Source: Chrysomallon squamiferum
Lineage: Eukaryota > Animalia > Mollusca
NCBI GenBank assembly: GCA_012295275.1
Contig: CM022670.1
Coordinates: forward strand, 21,886,001 to 21,950,000
Reading direction: 5' to 3'
Length of the DNA: 64,000 nt
In this document: piece after piece, positions 16,733 through 31,482 of the stretch
Position numbering within the stretch: position 1 is the first letter of the stretch
Layout of the letters: each line of letters begins with the position of its first letter
The notes under the pieces: model-generated
Told to the model about the DNA's origin: nothing
Seen by the model: only the letters and a program-made list of their open reading frames with translations
Database searches by the model: none
Translations under genes and position numbers: made by a program

Positions 16733-17077
16733 GTTGTGTTAAACTAGACACTGTGATCCCGGAAGACTTGTTGTTCTTCAAGGCGTAGACGCTTAGTCAA
16801 CGTTTACTGTCACATTATGTGTATTGTTCCTTCTTTCTCCTCGGTGAAAACTGAATATGCATATGATTAACTGGGTCGCACTGCAGACATACCCTGTGTC
16901 ACTCTTCATTCACTGTATATACAGTAGTCTATAAATTACTTGTATCAAATAAAACACAGCTATAATAATAATAATAATAATATCAACAACAACAACCACA
17001 ACAATTTGTGCATTTATTAAAAAGATGTGGCACGAAATAAAAAATAAACGTATACTGAAAACAAATACCACTACTAT

Positions 17078-17169
<92 letters not shown>

Positions 17170-17336
17170 TAGTAAATAACAGCTATATTGTCTTTTCTGT
17201 TTGAAAGTTTTAAATTTATTACTTCAAATGAGTACAGTTTTTTTCCTCTGTGTGTGAGTTGCATCTATCTTTCTAGTGTCAGTATGTGAATGTGTGTGGG
17301 CGTGGGTGTGTGTGAATGTGTGAGAGAGAAAGAGAG

Positions 17337-17413
<77 letters not shown>

Positions 17414-18405
17414 CTGTTTAATCATATTTAACAGAAAAAAGGAGTATAACGTTACTTCGTCTTTAAATAAAGGAAAATACACAGTTATCTAAAAATAAAT
17501 CTTTTTCTGAGTTAAATCAGTATTTGTGTAACAGCGTCCGATATCTCTCGAGCAATTTATGACAGTTACAGTGATTCAGCTAGACATTTACATTAATTAG
17601 TTAGCTCTTCTTCTGCTTCTTGTAAATGCCATTGTTTGTTATTTATTTTTGTTGTTGTTTGTTGTTCTTGTAGTCATTGTCTATCTTTATATATTGTTAG
17701 CGTGCTTTATGTTTTGAAATATGAAAAATTATTTGAATAGGAAAGTACAACTGTTTATTTGTTTGTTTGTCTTTTTTTTTTTCTATTCCTTTGTTTTTTA
17801 TTTATTTATTTATTTATTTATTTAATAACGTTAAAAAATAGCAAATGTTCATTAAAAGTTTTCAAATTTTTGTCTTCTTAGCACACAGAAATACATAGAA
17901 ACATAAACATCCACGATTCAGTGACAACCGCACACAGAAACATACATACACACTTGTATGTGTGTGTTTGTGCCGTGTACGTATATATATACTGTGACTC
18001 TGGTGACACAAGTTATTAGAAGGATGCATTTATAATCTTATTAAGTATATAAACACATTCAAACAAAAAGTAAAATAAGAATTTTATTTGAATAAAACCA
18101 GTAGAAGCTATTACATGTAGCTGTCAAGGTCATATTTACACAGAGTTAGTCTGAAAGAATTAAAACAAGTGATATAAAATAAGTGCGAGTAACGAAGTAA
18201 TATATGTACAAAAGAGAGGCAAATGTTTTATCTAAAAAGACTTCGATAGATATCATACACAAAAAATATTTCTGTTTTTATCTAACTCGTTTTAGAAAAA
18301 AAGGAAAGTATTATAACGAAGGAATTTGTTATCATGGTATAGAGTAATCTTTGTAGAAAACATATCCGAAAAATACTTTAAATGATGACTGTTACTTTCT
18401 TTTAA

Positions 18406-19801
18406 TTATGTGATGTTTATTTTGTCGTATGCAGATCCTTGGTCAACACTTTCAACTTGCAAAGCATCGTAATCATTAGTGTGTTGTTGGTTACCTTGTG
18501 TCCCGTGTTGCGTGTGTTCTGTAGATCTTCTGTTACGTTCGATAGGTCCTTGAGGTGAGGAAGAAGCAGGACCATTCGCATCATCAACAACAGCTTCGTA
18601 AACAGGATGAGCCATGGTAGTTACTGTAGTTTGGTTTTCTCTATTTTTCTCAAATGTTACAGACGGCTCCGTCGGTTTGGTTCTTCTGCGATAAACTCTG
18701 AAATTGACATTTCTCTTTTGATAGAAACGAGAAATAAATATTCTCGAGTAAATTTGTTGAATCAACGATATATTGATAAAGCATATCTTCCTGATGAAAA
18801 TATAAACACAATTATACTTAAAACCAAAAAAATCTAAATCTCATTTTTATAGTAATTAATGCTCACCTAAATCAAAACTTTTAATATTATCGAAAACAAG
18901 AGAAAAAGCAAAAGATATTTACTTACATAATAACAAGAATGAGGGCAGCTGCACTGAAAATCAAGGCTAAAGCTGTGATAGATGACAGAATAATGACACT
19001 AGTCTCTGTGGTTTTCTGATCTGCAACTGAAGATAAATTATCGTTATGTACAGACAAATGAATGTTTTATGACAAATTAGTAAATATACATCAAAATAAA
19101 TATAGATTATTTATCTACCTGTGCAGTCCTGTCTTGTCCATCCATATTCACATCCAATTTGACATTTTCCACTGATGTGATTACACTCTGAACGTCCACT
19201 GCAGTGTCTTTCTGTACATAATCTTGAACATGTTGGACCATACCATCCTTTGTCACAAGCTAAAATCAAAAATGGATTTCCAAGTAGAAAGAAAAGTATA
19301 TACTATATTATTTTGTTCATGACTGAAAACAGTTCGAAATTCCCCAAATAGTAAAATGTACCAATAAAAGTAGTATGAAAATTTAGGTGTGCGATACAAA
19401 ACTCGTAGTAGTCACCAGTCTCAAACAAACAATATTCAAACAATTTTAAACTGTGATTAATGTAAAAACGAAAAAATAAAAATAAAATACTCACGTTGCT
19501 TACAGAGGTGACCTTGGTATCCGTCTTTACAACCTCCTGTACAATTTCCAGAAATAAAATGACACGTTTCTGTTTTACACTGACCACACGTAGAACTACA
19601 GTCCAATCCGTATTTTCCAGATCTGCATTCTGAAAACATTAAACAATGATTAGGATTTGTAATTAGGTGAAAATACACAAGCTTTTAATTCTTGAATGGT
19701 AGACATATATCTGTTTAGATTTATTGGATGTTGTTTTTCTTATACGTATCTTTAGTTCTTCATTTTTCATTTATTATTACTATAATTATTATTATTATTA
19801 C

Positions 19802-19838
<37 letters not shown>

Positions 19839-21904
19839 GTCATATAACTACTATATCCATTTATTTTTGCTGAATTTATTTTTCCTGAATTAAGAATATG
19901 TAAAATAGAGAGTACGACTGACCTTGCTTGCACAAAATTCCCTCGTAACCTTCAATACAACCTCCAGTGCAATTTCCAGAGAATCTGTCACATCGCTTGT
20001 TTCTACAGTTTCTACATCTAGATTTACAGTTTTTACCATACGTTCCTGGATTGCATTCTGCAGTTATTGAAATAAGAACAAAATCAATAAAGTAATGAAC
20101 AGTCGTTTAATCACATTACAGTTGATTTTAATGTTAAGAATAATTGTGTTTCAGGCCTGCTTCTCAGAGAGAGCGCCTGCTACTAGGTATCGTTCGAGTG
20201 GATAATGATAAATTGTTAATATATTTTACCAGAACAAATCTTCATAACATTTATACACTTTTGATTTGTAAGAATTTAGACTGTTATTACATAATTAAAA
20301 TATTTTATTTCTTCAGACATTCCATACTGTTTTTAAATGTTGAGGTGATAACTCTGTTTCTATATATTTCGAAGCACACTCAGATCTTATACCTTTTCTA
20401 CAGTCTGTTCCAGTCCATCCTGCCGTACATCCTGCAGTGTCACACTTTCCTGTCTGTACATCACAAGATGAGTTTGTGTTAACACAGTGACGTTTTTCAC
20501 ACAACTTGTCACAGTTAGAATCATACTTGACGTTCAGCTCACACGCTAATACAGTGTAATGTAATATAATGTAAATACTTTCTAAGACATATAATATTCG
20601 TTTATTTTTAGTACTGTGTTTTGAATGTAACATTCAGTGCATTATGATATTCGACAACAATCCTTCAAAATCCTGTGAATCAACAACTATTTGTTATTAT
20701 TATTATTATTATTATTAATTTTTTCTTCATTATCATAACCATTTTTCTCAGTATTATTAAGTGAATCATCCGGTCACTTACGGTGTTTTTCTTCTGGTAA
20801 ATAATAATAGTTTAAGCAAACTGCTCATTTTAACTCACCATATACTTCAACTTCCAGAAAATCTAAAGCTGTACCAATGCCTTCACCATTATTTGTTCCT
20901 TGATAGACTGTCACGTATCTGGCATTAACATTACACGTGAAACTCACGACATCAGGAATATCAGATCCATCTTGTCTACCAGTAACAGTACCACACAGAT
21001 GTCCTGTGTTAGATGAATTCACTGCTGTGTTTGTGTAGATCTGTACTCCACGCCTTCGTGGCTTATCTTTAGTAAATAAAAATAGTGTATGAACTAAAGA
21101 GTTTTATGTATCCTAGTATATAAAGTTAATAACCTGAAATAAAGATGCAATTTTCTAATAAATAAATAAATAAACTTTTAATATCGAATTTTAATGACCA
21201 GTATTACGAAGTGTCCAAATCTAATTTAAGAACCTAAGTCTCTTTAAAGAAAAGGAGAAAAACAACAAGAACAACAAAAGAAGATAAACTAAAAATCTAA
21301 ATCATCTGCTGTCTGCCTTCCTTTTTAAATACAGTGTCCATTCTCTCTTCAAAATGTTCCATTTACTGTCTGTATATTTATATAATAACTATAATTAAGC
21401 GAGTCCTACTGAATAATACATATACTACACGACACATAATGTAAATATAAAATGTGCCTCAGCGTGCTCTATAGTGTGGTCTTCCTTCAACTTACTGTAA
21501 TTATACACTGAATATGTATATGCATGTATGTATGTATTTATGAATTAAAGAACGCACTGGCACAGGAAGTTCTTTTATTACTTAAAACAAATTAATCATT
21601 TTCTAATTTTATCTCTAGGGATTCGATTTAACTTAAAACTGACCATTGTAATGTTTATCACAGTGTGCTTTGTGTATATCTATGTATGTGTGTAGTTTAT
21701 GATTTTGAATATTCTCTGTCTTATGTACGTCTGAATAGAACATAAACATATACAATATTCGGGACCGCACATCGCAGGAGGACAAATTCCAATCACGACA
21801 TCACAAACCCGTCAGATGCCGCTGACGTGACTCGAACGTATGGCACCCATTCAATTTCCTATGTATGTATGTATACAAATATCCAAGGTTATATATATAT
21901 ATAT

Positions 21905-21997
<93 letters not shown>

Positions 21998-22978
21998 CAC
22001 CTATGCACATTCGTAATAATAATAAGAAGAAGAAGAAGAAAAGAAAAAGTAGTATGTGATAAAAAATAAATATACACATCAGTAAAATATATTTACTTAC
22101 AGTCACTTCTAAAATATATTTTCACTTCATGTACAAAGTACAGTTTTCCTAGATCCACTTCCCACCACGTGTAGTTCTGGTCTATGGCTGTGTGCATAAA
22201 GTTATCTCCATTTTGTTTTGTTACTCCATCAACAGCTGTAGATGCTTTGAAACTGTTGTCAAGGTAAGAACTCTGGTAGGCTGTCTTTCCTTTAGCTACA
22301 TTTACTGGTCAAAATGAAATGAACAAATATTTAATAAAAATATGAATAGCAATATCGTACACATATACACAGCGACATACGAAGATACATATATATATAT
22401 ATAAAACAAGATACATCATACCTATGCAAGGCCCACACATATTATTATAACAAATTCGATTGTTTATCATGTCTAATCAAATATTCGGAGATTTGTGGCA
22501 GTAACACTGCGACATTTTTCGTCAAAATAAGTGTTTTTAATCATTGCAACATTTGTGGGCAGCACATATCTATATCAATATATATATCTATATCCATATC
22601 TAGGTATATACACAACACAAACATATACACACCAACGTACATAGGCATGCATAAACACACACATACAGATAGTAGGTATATACATATACTGAGAGATATG
22701 TTTCTGGTTTAGGATTTTGAATATTCTCTGTCCTATATACAAACAATGTATACATACACACAAACATACACAGCTTAGTATTTAATTACATATTAATTAT
22801 AAGCATATACAGACGAACACACACACATTCACACACACATGCACACATACACATGTACATACATATATCTGTGCGTGTGTGCATTTTTAAACGACTTACC
22901 AAACTGTGCTGAAATGTGAATTTGAAACGTGAAAATAAAACAGAGAAAAAAATAAAACTCCAAGTAAACTGCAGCCAT
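18406..22978 (-). CDS. Gene C: intact F-type lectin / EGF-repeat (MEGF10/SCARF-like) type I receptor with ITAM-like tail, ~488 aa
   Basis: Nine GT-AG exons totalling 1467 nt in frame: 22978-22900 (signal), 22304-22101 and 21066-20839 (lectin; H...RSDYKPRR), EGF 20545-20393, 20057-19923, 19629-19495, 19259-19119, TM 19026-18927, tail 18697-18406 (PVYEAV...NDYDALQVESVDQGSAYDKINIT*). Confidence 0.9.
21660..21855 (-). mobile_element. SINE-like interspersed repeat in gene C intron 2
   Basis: Reverse complement matches 33920-34050 (catacgttcRagtc...atctgacgggtttgtga...ctattcagacgt.cataagacagagaatattcaaaatc). B-box-like GTTCRAGTC and simple-repeat tail; absent from the homologous intron of A and F. 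Confidence 0.5.
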
Positions 22979-23160
22979 GTTGTGTTAAACTAGACTCTGA
23001 CATCTAGGGTCGTATTCGTGGCGCACATGTTTACTCAATATTTAGTTTAACATTACGTCTGTTGTTCCTTCTTACCGCATGACGCAAACTGAATACAGGT
23101 TATGATTCACCAGATTACAGTGCAGATATACCAGTTATCAGGTTTCGTCCACTGTGTGTA
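22979..23160 (-). promoter_or_regulatory. Conserved 5'UTR/core-promoter block upstream of receptor ATGs
   Basis: Same block (minus strand TATTCAGTTTGC...AAGAAGGAACAA...CTAGTTTAACACAACATG) precedes ATGs at 1117, 16732, 22978, 37840, 53914 and 61230; includes an Inr-like TCAGTT. Confidence 0.4.
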
Positions 23161-23246
23161 CATTAATCTATAAAAAAAACTAACAAGCGCGTACCCATTT
23201 ATAATCTTTAATAGAAAAAGGAAAATACAGTTGCTCATTACAGACG

Positions 23247-23344
<98 letters not shown>

Positions 23345-23404
23345 CACATAGAGCAAAAACAGATAAACATAAATATGGTTTAACGTTGTTTTGTTTTTCT
23401 TCAG

Positions 23405-23520
23405 AGTGTTCACTCGGGAAATATGGCAAAAACTACCAACAAAGCGGTGCTGAAAGACGTTGCTATGATAGCCAGAGACGTATCTTCGAGAGTCGGAAGT
23501 GTTTTGATGGGTGTGTACAA
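23405..23520 (+). pseudogene. Inverted, degenerate EGF-like exon (copies at ~25040-25175 and ~39133-39274)
   Basis: ECSLGKYGKNYQQSGAERRCYDSQR...KCFDGCV resembles gene D exon 33147-33004 but has lost cysteines and carries indels. Confidence 0.6.
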
Positions 23521-24005
23521 ATGCTCAGATACACAGTGTTATAATCATAAATAATGTACATGACATTACATACGTGTAAAATATGTCTCTGTGTATATAT
23601 ACAAACGAATGTATATATGTGAGTGTGTGTGCGTGAGTATGTGTCTGTCTGTGTGTGTGCATATGCATATATGTGTGTGTGTGTGTGTGAGTGTGTCATA
23701 ATCATAAATCTTTCGTAGGAATATAGATTATATATATCGGTTTGGGAAACAGAATAAATATATTTTAATATATGTACTTCAACTGCTCACACAGACAAGA
23801 AGAAAGACACTGAAGGATAGAAAAACAAACGACAAACATTATTTCTGTGAACGAGTGGTTTCGTCGTCCTTGTCATATTAGACAAAATTTAATTTAACTT
23901 TTTGTTTCGAAATTATTACATTTTACGTTTTCTGATATATACATAGACATTCATATGCACATACATATATGCACGTGCACACAAGTAACTAAACATATAT
24001 ATATA

Positions 24006-24067
<62 letters not shown>

Positions 24068-24093
24068 ACATTATTGAAGAAAGAATAACATGA

Positions 24094-24541
24094 GATTACT
24101 TGATTCTGTCTCTCATCACTTGTTGCTTCTGTTGGCCCATTGTTACTGTTCTTTGATGACTTAACAAAATGCGAGTATCATTTATCCATTGTAAATCACA
24201 TTAATATTATGTTTTTTAAATAATAATAATGCTAAAATATTATTATTATTATTATTATTATTATTATCATTATTATTACTTTTTGTGTCATTATAATGTG
24301 ATAAGTAATAGGATTCATATATATATATATTGATTTTCATTTTCTTATTTTCAGAGCCTCTGCTGTTATCGGCGACTTCGAGAATGCCAAGAAACAAGGT
24401 CAGAACGCGAGAAACATCGCAACTGTGGCCATTGTTACTGGCGCCGTACTTATAATAGCGTGTCTCATAATACGGCTGATGATACACAGTGCGGTGATGT
24501 CCCGGATCCACAGCCGTGATTACAACGCCACACACTACTAA
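24094..24541 (+). pseudogene. CD225/dispanin (IFITM/PRRT1-like) gene fragment, damaged copy
   Basis: DYLILSLITCCFCWPI at 24094-24141 (CD225 first hydrophobic segment, then stop). Last exon 24355-24541 GDFENAKKQGQNARNIATVAIVTGAVLII with a 5-bp deletion at its start. Confidence 0.7.
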
Positions 24542-24891
24542 CTCGTAAGTGTGCTTCGACAACAGCTATCACTTGAAAACATTCGTATTCTTCTAAAACA
24601 CAAAACCAAAACAAACAACAAAAAAAAAAAAAAAAAAAACAATGTTCACTGGTTCGTGTTCAAAGTGCACACGTTTACACAACATTTAGTTGAACATTAT
24701 GTCTATTGTTCCTTCTTACCGAATGACGCAAACTGAATACAGGTCATGATTCACTAGATGACGCTGCAACTATACCAGTTATCCGATTTCATTCACTGTG
24801 TGTATATTAATCTATAAAAAACAACAACTTACAAGCGCTTACCCGTTTATAATCTTTAATAGAAAAAGGAAAATACTGTTGTTCATTACAC

Positions 24892-24995
<104 letters not shown>

Positions 24996-25951
24996 CAAAA
25001 ACAGATAAATATAAATATGGTTTAACTTTTTTTGTTTTTCTACTCGGGAAATATGGCAAATACTGCCAACAAAGCGGTGCTGAAAGACGTTGCTATGATA
25101 GCCAGAGATGTATCGTCGAGAGTCGGAAGTGTTTTGATGGGTGCGTTCCTGGCAGGGTGTGGTCTGTAATAAAGGTACACAAGAGCTCACATGCACCCTG
25201 TTATAATGATAAATAATGTACATGACATTATTTCCATGTACAAATATGTGTTTGTGTGTGTGTGTGTGTACACAAACGTATATATATATATATATATGTG
25301 AGTGTGTATGTGTGTGTGTATCTGTGTGTCTGTGAGTGTGTATATGCATATATGTGTGTGTTTGTGTGTGTCATAATCATAAATCTTTCGTAGCAATATA
25401 GATTATGTATGTCGGTTTTGGAAACAAAATAAATATATATTAATATATTTACTTCAACTGCTCACACAGACAAGAAGAAAAAAGACAAACGACAGGAAAG
25501 ATTTAAATGCATAGACACAGGCACACAGACACAAACACACGTACGTACATAAACAACACACACATACACACACATACACACATTCACAACACAATCAAAC
25601 ACACACACAAAATATTATTTCTGTGAACGTTTGGTTTCGTCGTCCTTCCCATATTACACCAAATTTTATTTTTTTGTTTAGAAATTATTACATATTAAGT
25701 TTTCTATTAGAATTACAGTCATTACAGTCATTATATATATATATATATATACACACACTCACACCACACGTTATTGCACAAAAAAAACACACCAAAACTA
25801 TTTTCTTTAAATAATAATAAAGATAAAACATTATTATTATTATTATTATTATTATTACTTTTTGTGTCATTATAATGTGATAAGTAATAGGATTTATATA
25901 TATACATACATATATATATATATATATTCAGTTTATTATTTTTATTTTCAG

Positions 25952-26143
25952 TCACAAGCCGCTGCTGATATCGGAGACTTCGAGAATGCCAAGAAACAAG
26001 GTCAGAACGCGAGAAACATCGCGACTGTAGCCATTATTACTGGCGCTGTACTTATAATAGCGTGTCTCATAATACGGCTGATGATACACAGTGCGGTGAT
26101 GTCCCGGATCCACAGTCGTGATTACAACGCCATACACTACTAA
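25952..26143 (+). CDS. Open terminal exon of a CD225/dispanin (IFITM/PRRT1-like) protein; upstream exon not found
   Basis: Acceptor ttttcag then SQAAADIGDFENAKKQGQNARNIATVAIITGAVLIIACLIIRLMIHSAVMSRIHSRDYNAIHY*: CD225 GDxxxA loop followed by a TM helix. Confidence 0.65.
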   Translation, partial: SQAAADIGDFENAKKQGQNARNIATVAIITGAVLIIACLIIRLMIHSAVMSRIHSRDYNAIHY

Positions 26144-27666
26144 CTCATAAGTTTGCTTCGACAACTGCTATCACTTGAAAATAGACGTATTCTTTTAAAA
26201 CAAAAACAAAAAACAACAAGAAAACAAACAAACAATGTTAACTGATGTTCGTTTTTCGTGATGCCCGCAACATTTTTATTTCTGAAATATGCATTGTAGA
26301 ACATTCCATCTACAGTCTGTTACATAAAAAAGATTATTGCACTGAACTATTGACAATGAACACGTAATGATTTCTTAATGAAATCGCTACAGAAGCCAAG
26401 TGTGTTTATTTATTTATTTATTTATTTATTCATTTATTTATTTATGTCTCTATGTTGTATGAACTTCTTATTAGTGATTACATAATGTGATAAACAGTAA
26501 ATGTTTTAGAAACAGGCTCAGAGTCACAGCAATCTTCAACAGTTATCATCTAACACATTCCAATGAAGACGACGTGATTCCTCACCACCCTGAATATATG
26601 GATGTAGACAATTAGTATCCGCTGGAAAAGCAAGACAACTTATATACATATATTATTCAAATAACCAACAAGGTCGTTCTTTTGTGCATCCCCATACTTT
26701 GTATGCACAGAAATTAGTCTATGACAATAACAAAAAACAAACTTGAGTCACCCTTGTTAGGTCAGTTACACGACAGGAATTTCACGAGTTTGTGAGTTTG
26801 TCAAAATAACTTGTCTGAATGGTATTAATACCTAAAATTTGGCTCGTCCCGTTTAAAGAATAGGAGACTGTGACAGCGTCACGTGACATGGTATTAAAGT
26901 TCTAAGAGAGCTTAAACAACTAAATGACTATTCTGTATTCACTAGAGAACAATAATACAAACAAGAATTCAGTATGGATAATTGTTACATATATATACAT
27001 ATAATTAAGCCCATTTGGTTACGTTAAAATAAGTTATCTTAGTTTGTTACTTAGTTTTCAAGCGTAAGTAAGTACCTCAGAATAACACAATAAAATATCC
27101 AACAATAATAGATTTGGCTATTTCAATCAATCGACATGTATGTTACAAAAAACCACACCATTTAAACCGTAAATATCATTGTGGAAGTGATCTTTCGTGC
27201 TAGAAGGCGCACCGATCAAAATAATTTTTATACACGTCGCTCGGGCGTTGAGTAAACATGTCTGCTGACAGGCTTTCTGAATTTACTTTGTAAGTTAATC
27301 CCAGAGTTTCTTAGTTCATAAAATAACGGAACTTCCACTGATTATATAATACATTTTCTAAACAGCCCATGGACGTCGTTATACACTCTGCTGTTTAGTT
27401 TAGGTGCATTTACCCCCGTTTTCTGACATTAATTAGGTAAACATTTAAGAACTATAAAAAATATGAATTATAAACATGATTATACACGATAACTAAATAA
27501 ATATTACCATAATGTTATAATACACTGAATATAAAATGTAGCAGTCATTTTGCTTTAAATGGGCATATATAAAATAGTGTTTAGTCAGTTTCAATTTCAG
27601 TTATGATCAATATGTAGCTAAAATCATTTTTACGTCTGGTCCATCAGAAAATATCAAACTAATGGC

Positions 27667-27697
<31 letters not shown>

Positions 27698-29768
27698 TCA
27701 ATGTGTTCATTTATTAAAGAGGTATCTTTAATTTTATTTTATTTCAAATGAACTGTAAATTTGTTTCACGCCAATAGATCAAAAATGTCTTAAAAGACTG
27801 AGTCCATAGAAATAGTAGTTAATTGTCAGATTAGTTTATTTGACAGTAGTTCCATCATCGGACGAAAAGATAATAGTCCCCATTTAACTCGGTTCCAGTA
27901 AAACTTTCACTCGTGACAACCAGACTGTTATTTCTGAATCACATACTATTAAATGACTTTTTTATGTATTCATAAAATGTATATCTCATATATGTTAATT
28001 TTCATTTATAATAACATTTATCAGTCTCTATGTGAAAAACATCAGTACGATATATTATATTGTATTATATCATATTATAGAATTACTGTTGTTATTGTTG
28101 TTGTTAACGTGTGAGCTGAACGTCACGTATGTTTTCAAGTGGATAAAACAGAAAATATTTATTTATCTCTTTATTTCTCTTGTCGTTTGTTGTGATTTTA
28201 TCTAAAGTTATATAGATATACAAATATCGGTAATAACACTTCAAACTTGTATTTAATATAGTAACATTTAGTTTCAGGAAGAGGAAAGGCACAATGAAGA
28301 AACATTCTGTATCTTATGCGAAAATTGATAATAAAACCAAAATTTTTATCTACAGCTTAACCTTTACAATGGAAGACATGACGGCGATGTCAGTGTTAGT
28401 GAAACAATACGAAATTAAAGTTAAGACACATCATACGATACGAAGGAGTCGCAATTCAAAATACAATAATGTATTATGCAACTACTGCTGCATATCTTTT
28501 ACCTAAATTCAGATTAGTAAGAATCACAGTTGTAGATACAATAATGTATTATACAACCATTGTTTCTATCGGCCTACTGTGATTACGTGCATTCCTCCAT
28601 GTATTGTAAAACACTATGTAAAAGTAAAGTTAATTGACGTTTGGCGTAATGCACAGGTCATACAAATGTAAGCTGATCTTTGACCTAAATCATAAAACAT
28701 ATATTAAAAGAAAATCATACCGATTATATTAGAAATTACCCGATTCTTAAAAAACATAAATAAGGAAAAATAGAACTATACTAAATTAAAAGAAAATACT
28801 AAAAATATATGTATGTTATTTGCACACTATTATAGTTTTTATTTTTTTTATTTTTATTTTTTTATTTTTTTTTTTTACAAATAAGTGAAAGAGTAAAAAT
28901 GAAATAAAATAATGCGAAACGTAACCAAAAACAAAAAAACCTGCAATGAAAAAAAAATTAAAACAAAAATTTGCTTACCTTTGACGTCAACGATCCGGTT
29001 ATCAAAATAAATAACGCCATAACTTTGTCGAGCTTTTCGACAGACGACTAAATATCACAAAAAGATGATACAGGTTTATAATTAATCTTTAAAACTGGTT
29101 TCATTTCAAAAGTTAAGATTGTGTTATAGTAGCAATTGTAACGTATTTTGTTTTTCTTATTGCCAGATAAAGAAGTATTTTTTTACAAAATAAAAGACGT
29201 ACAATCCGAGATGAAAAATTCTATATAGAAATTTTTTAAAATATCTTTTTAAAAATGTCAAAGGTATTTCTTACATTTAAAAGTTGTCAAAAATGCGCAA
29301 TCCGAATATTAGAATTTTGTTACTTTAGAAAAAAGGTTCACACTTAAATTATAAAAAAATAAATAAAATAAAGAGAAAGGATATAAATCAATTTTGTTTT
29401 CTATTTCAACACATATTTTTTTTATAAATTTGAAGGATCTATTCAGTAAAGCGTTAACTTTATAACGATCTTAATAAAGATAGACTTACTGAATTAAATA
29501 TTGTTTTTGACCCGTTTCAACTGATACAAAACCAACGTGTGGTCATTCCTCACGAGTAAGAGTTGTCGTTACTGAACAAGTCATTTTTCTGTACTTTTGC
29601 TGTCCTCCTGCAGACGACTGTATAGAGTTGTCGACCCTAAAGGGTTATCTTTAATGGATGCATGGATCGGGCAATACCGCTTCACTCAAATGCTTATTAA
29701 ACAGTAAATTCAAGGCTGAATGTGAAAGATTATGCATAATTAACCATTTCCGAATTATTATTATTATG

Positions 29769-29822
<54 letters not shown>

Positions 29823-30347
29823 GTTAATACTACTAGTAGTAGTAGTAGTAGTATTTTAATTTGTATTACTATTTTGTTCACAACATTCAGCTGTCACTTT
29901 TACTTATTTCCTTTTCTCGCTTTATTTTCGGATTTTAGATTTTGTATTTATTAGAAATTCCATTAATAAAGTAAACTGATATACTATCTCATTCTGCTTT
30001 TAAATATGTAGTAAATTAAAAAATCCTTCTCAGTTTGAGAATTCACCATTTCTGAAAATAAATTGGTAACGAGCGCTACTGGTGGACATCAGTATTGCTA
30101 TTTAAAGAACAAATTATTATTAATAGTAGTAGTATTAGCTGCTGCACCACCGTCATCATCATCTCCATCCTCAACATTATCACAACATATTGTCGTTGTT
30201 GCATGGTAGTCTTGAAGTGTAGTAGTTATTGCAGTCGTGGTGGTAGTAGTATCAGTAGCAGCAACAGAAATGGTATTAGCAGCAGTTCTAGTAATAGTAG
30301 CACTAGTGGTAGTAGTTTTAGTAACAGTAATATTAGTAGTAGTAGTA

Positions 30348-30389
<42 letters not shown>

Positions 30390-30443
30390 TCAACATTAGT
30401 AGTAGTAGTAATAGTTGAAGTATTTTAGTAATAACTTTTATTA

Positions 30444-30475
<32 letters not shown>

Positions 30476-30500
30476 GTCATTACAACTACTGCTGCTGTTG

Positions 30501-30542
<42 letters not shown>

Positions 30543-31039
30543 TATACTACTACTACTACTACCACTAATTTTAATATTGTCGTTGTTGTTGTTCTTCTTC
30601 TTGTCACTTAATTCGATCCTGACGATACGCCACTTTTATTTTGTTTACGTTAAAACCGATATGGTAATAATTTATCAAAACACATTTATAACCTATATTT
30701 AAGAGAAAAAGAAAGAAAAAAGAAAGACAAATATTATGATTACTGTCATGTGACTATAATCTGTAACATAGCCACATCAGTTTAATACTGCGTCGATTTC
30801 TTACTACCAGCGAGATATTTTATAAGTGACTTCAATTCGTCTATGAATCGTAGTAAAATATATCTGTGCTATAGCGATATATATGAAAATGTAAAAAATA
30901 TCACGATCCTATGTCAGTATGTTAGTGATAGATAGTATGTTTTCCCTCTCCTTATCAGTCAGTAGTTTACTACACTGAATTGTATTAGCAGTACAGTAGT
31001 TTTTATGTAATTCTGTAACTCCTTGATATTTATTTATAT

Positions 31040-31126
31040 TGTTTTTATATATCACAGTACTAACACAGGTGTAGTTGTGTCACACAACTTCACACAGAAT
31101 CAAACGCGACGTTCACATCAGACGCT
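31040..31126 (-). pseudogene. Highly degraded EGF-exon remnant
   Basis: cacacaacttcacacagaatcaaacgcgacgttcacatcagacgcta resembles the acceptor end of the 153-bp EGF exons, including the adjacent taata-repeat flank. Confidence 0.35.
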
Positions 31127-31446
31127 ATTATAATACAATATAATATAATATAATATAATAGATCGAACTGATGTTTAACCTATATCATTGAAGCATTTTT
31201 CTATGTTGTTCTACAGGATAGGAGAGTGTCACCAGCAGTGCACTGTCACAGACGACTTTGTTTATTTTCATAATATTCTACTGGAGTAAAGTAGTTTCTG
31301 TATCAGTACACTGAAGTGGTATTTCTCAAAACTGTTCCTCTAAGACGTAGATGAATGACAATGAGGATGAGGATCACATAAACAAACAGTAACAAGTAAG
31401 ACAAAATTATATTTACTTAATCTTTAAACAGACAAATAAAAAAAGA

Positions 31447-31482
<36 letters not shown>

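Noticed and set aside
28350-29650. Possible piggyBac-like element ending in aaagggtta
   Set aside because: No matching left TIR or TTAA duplication could be confirmed.
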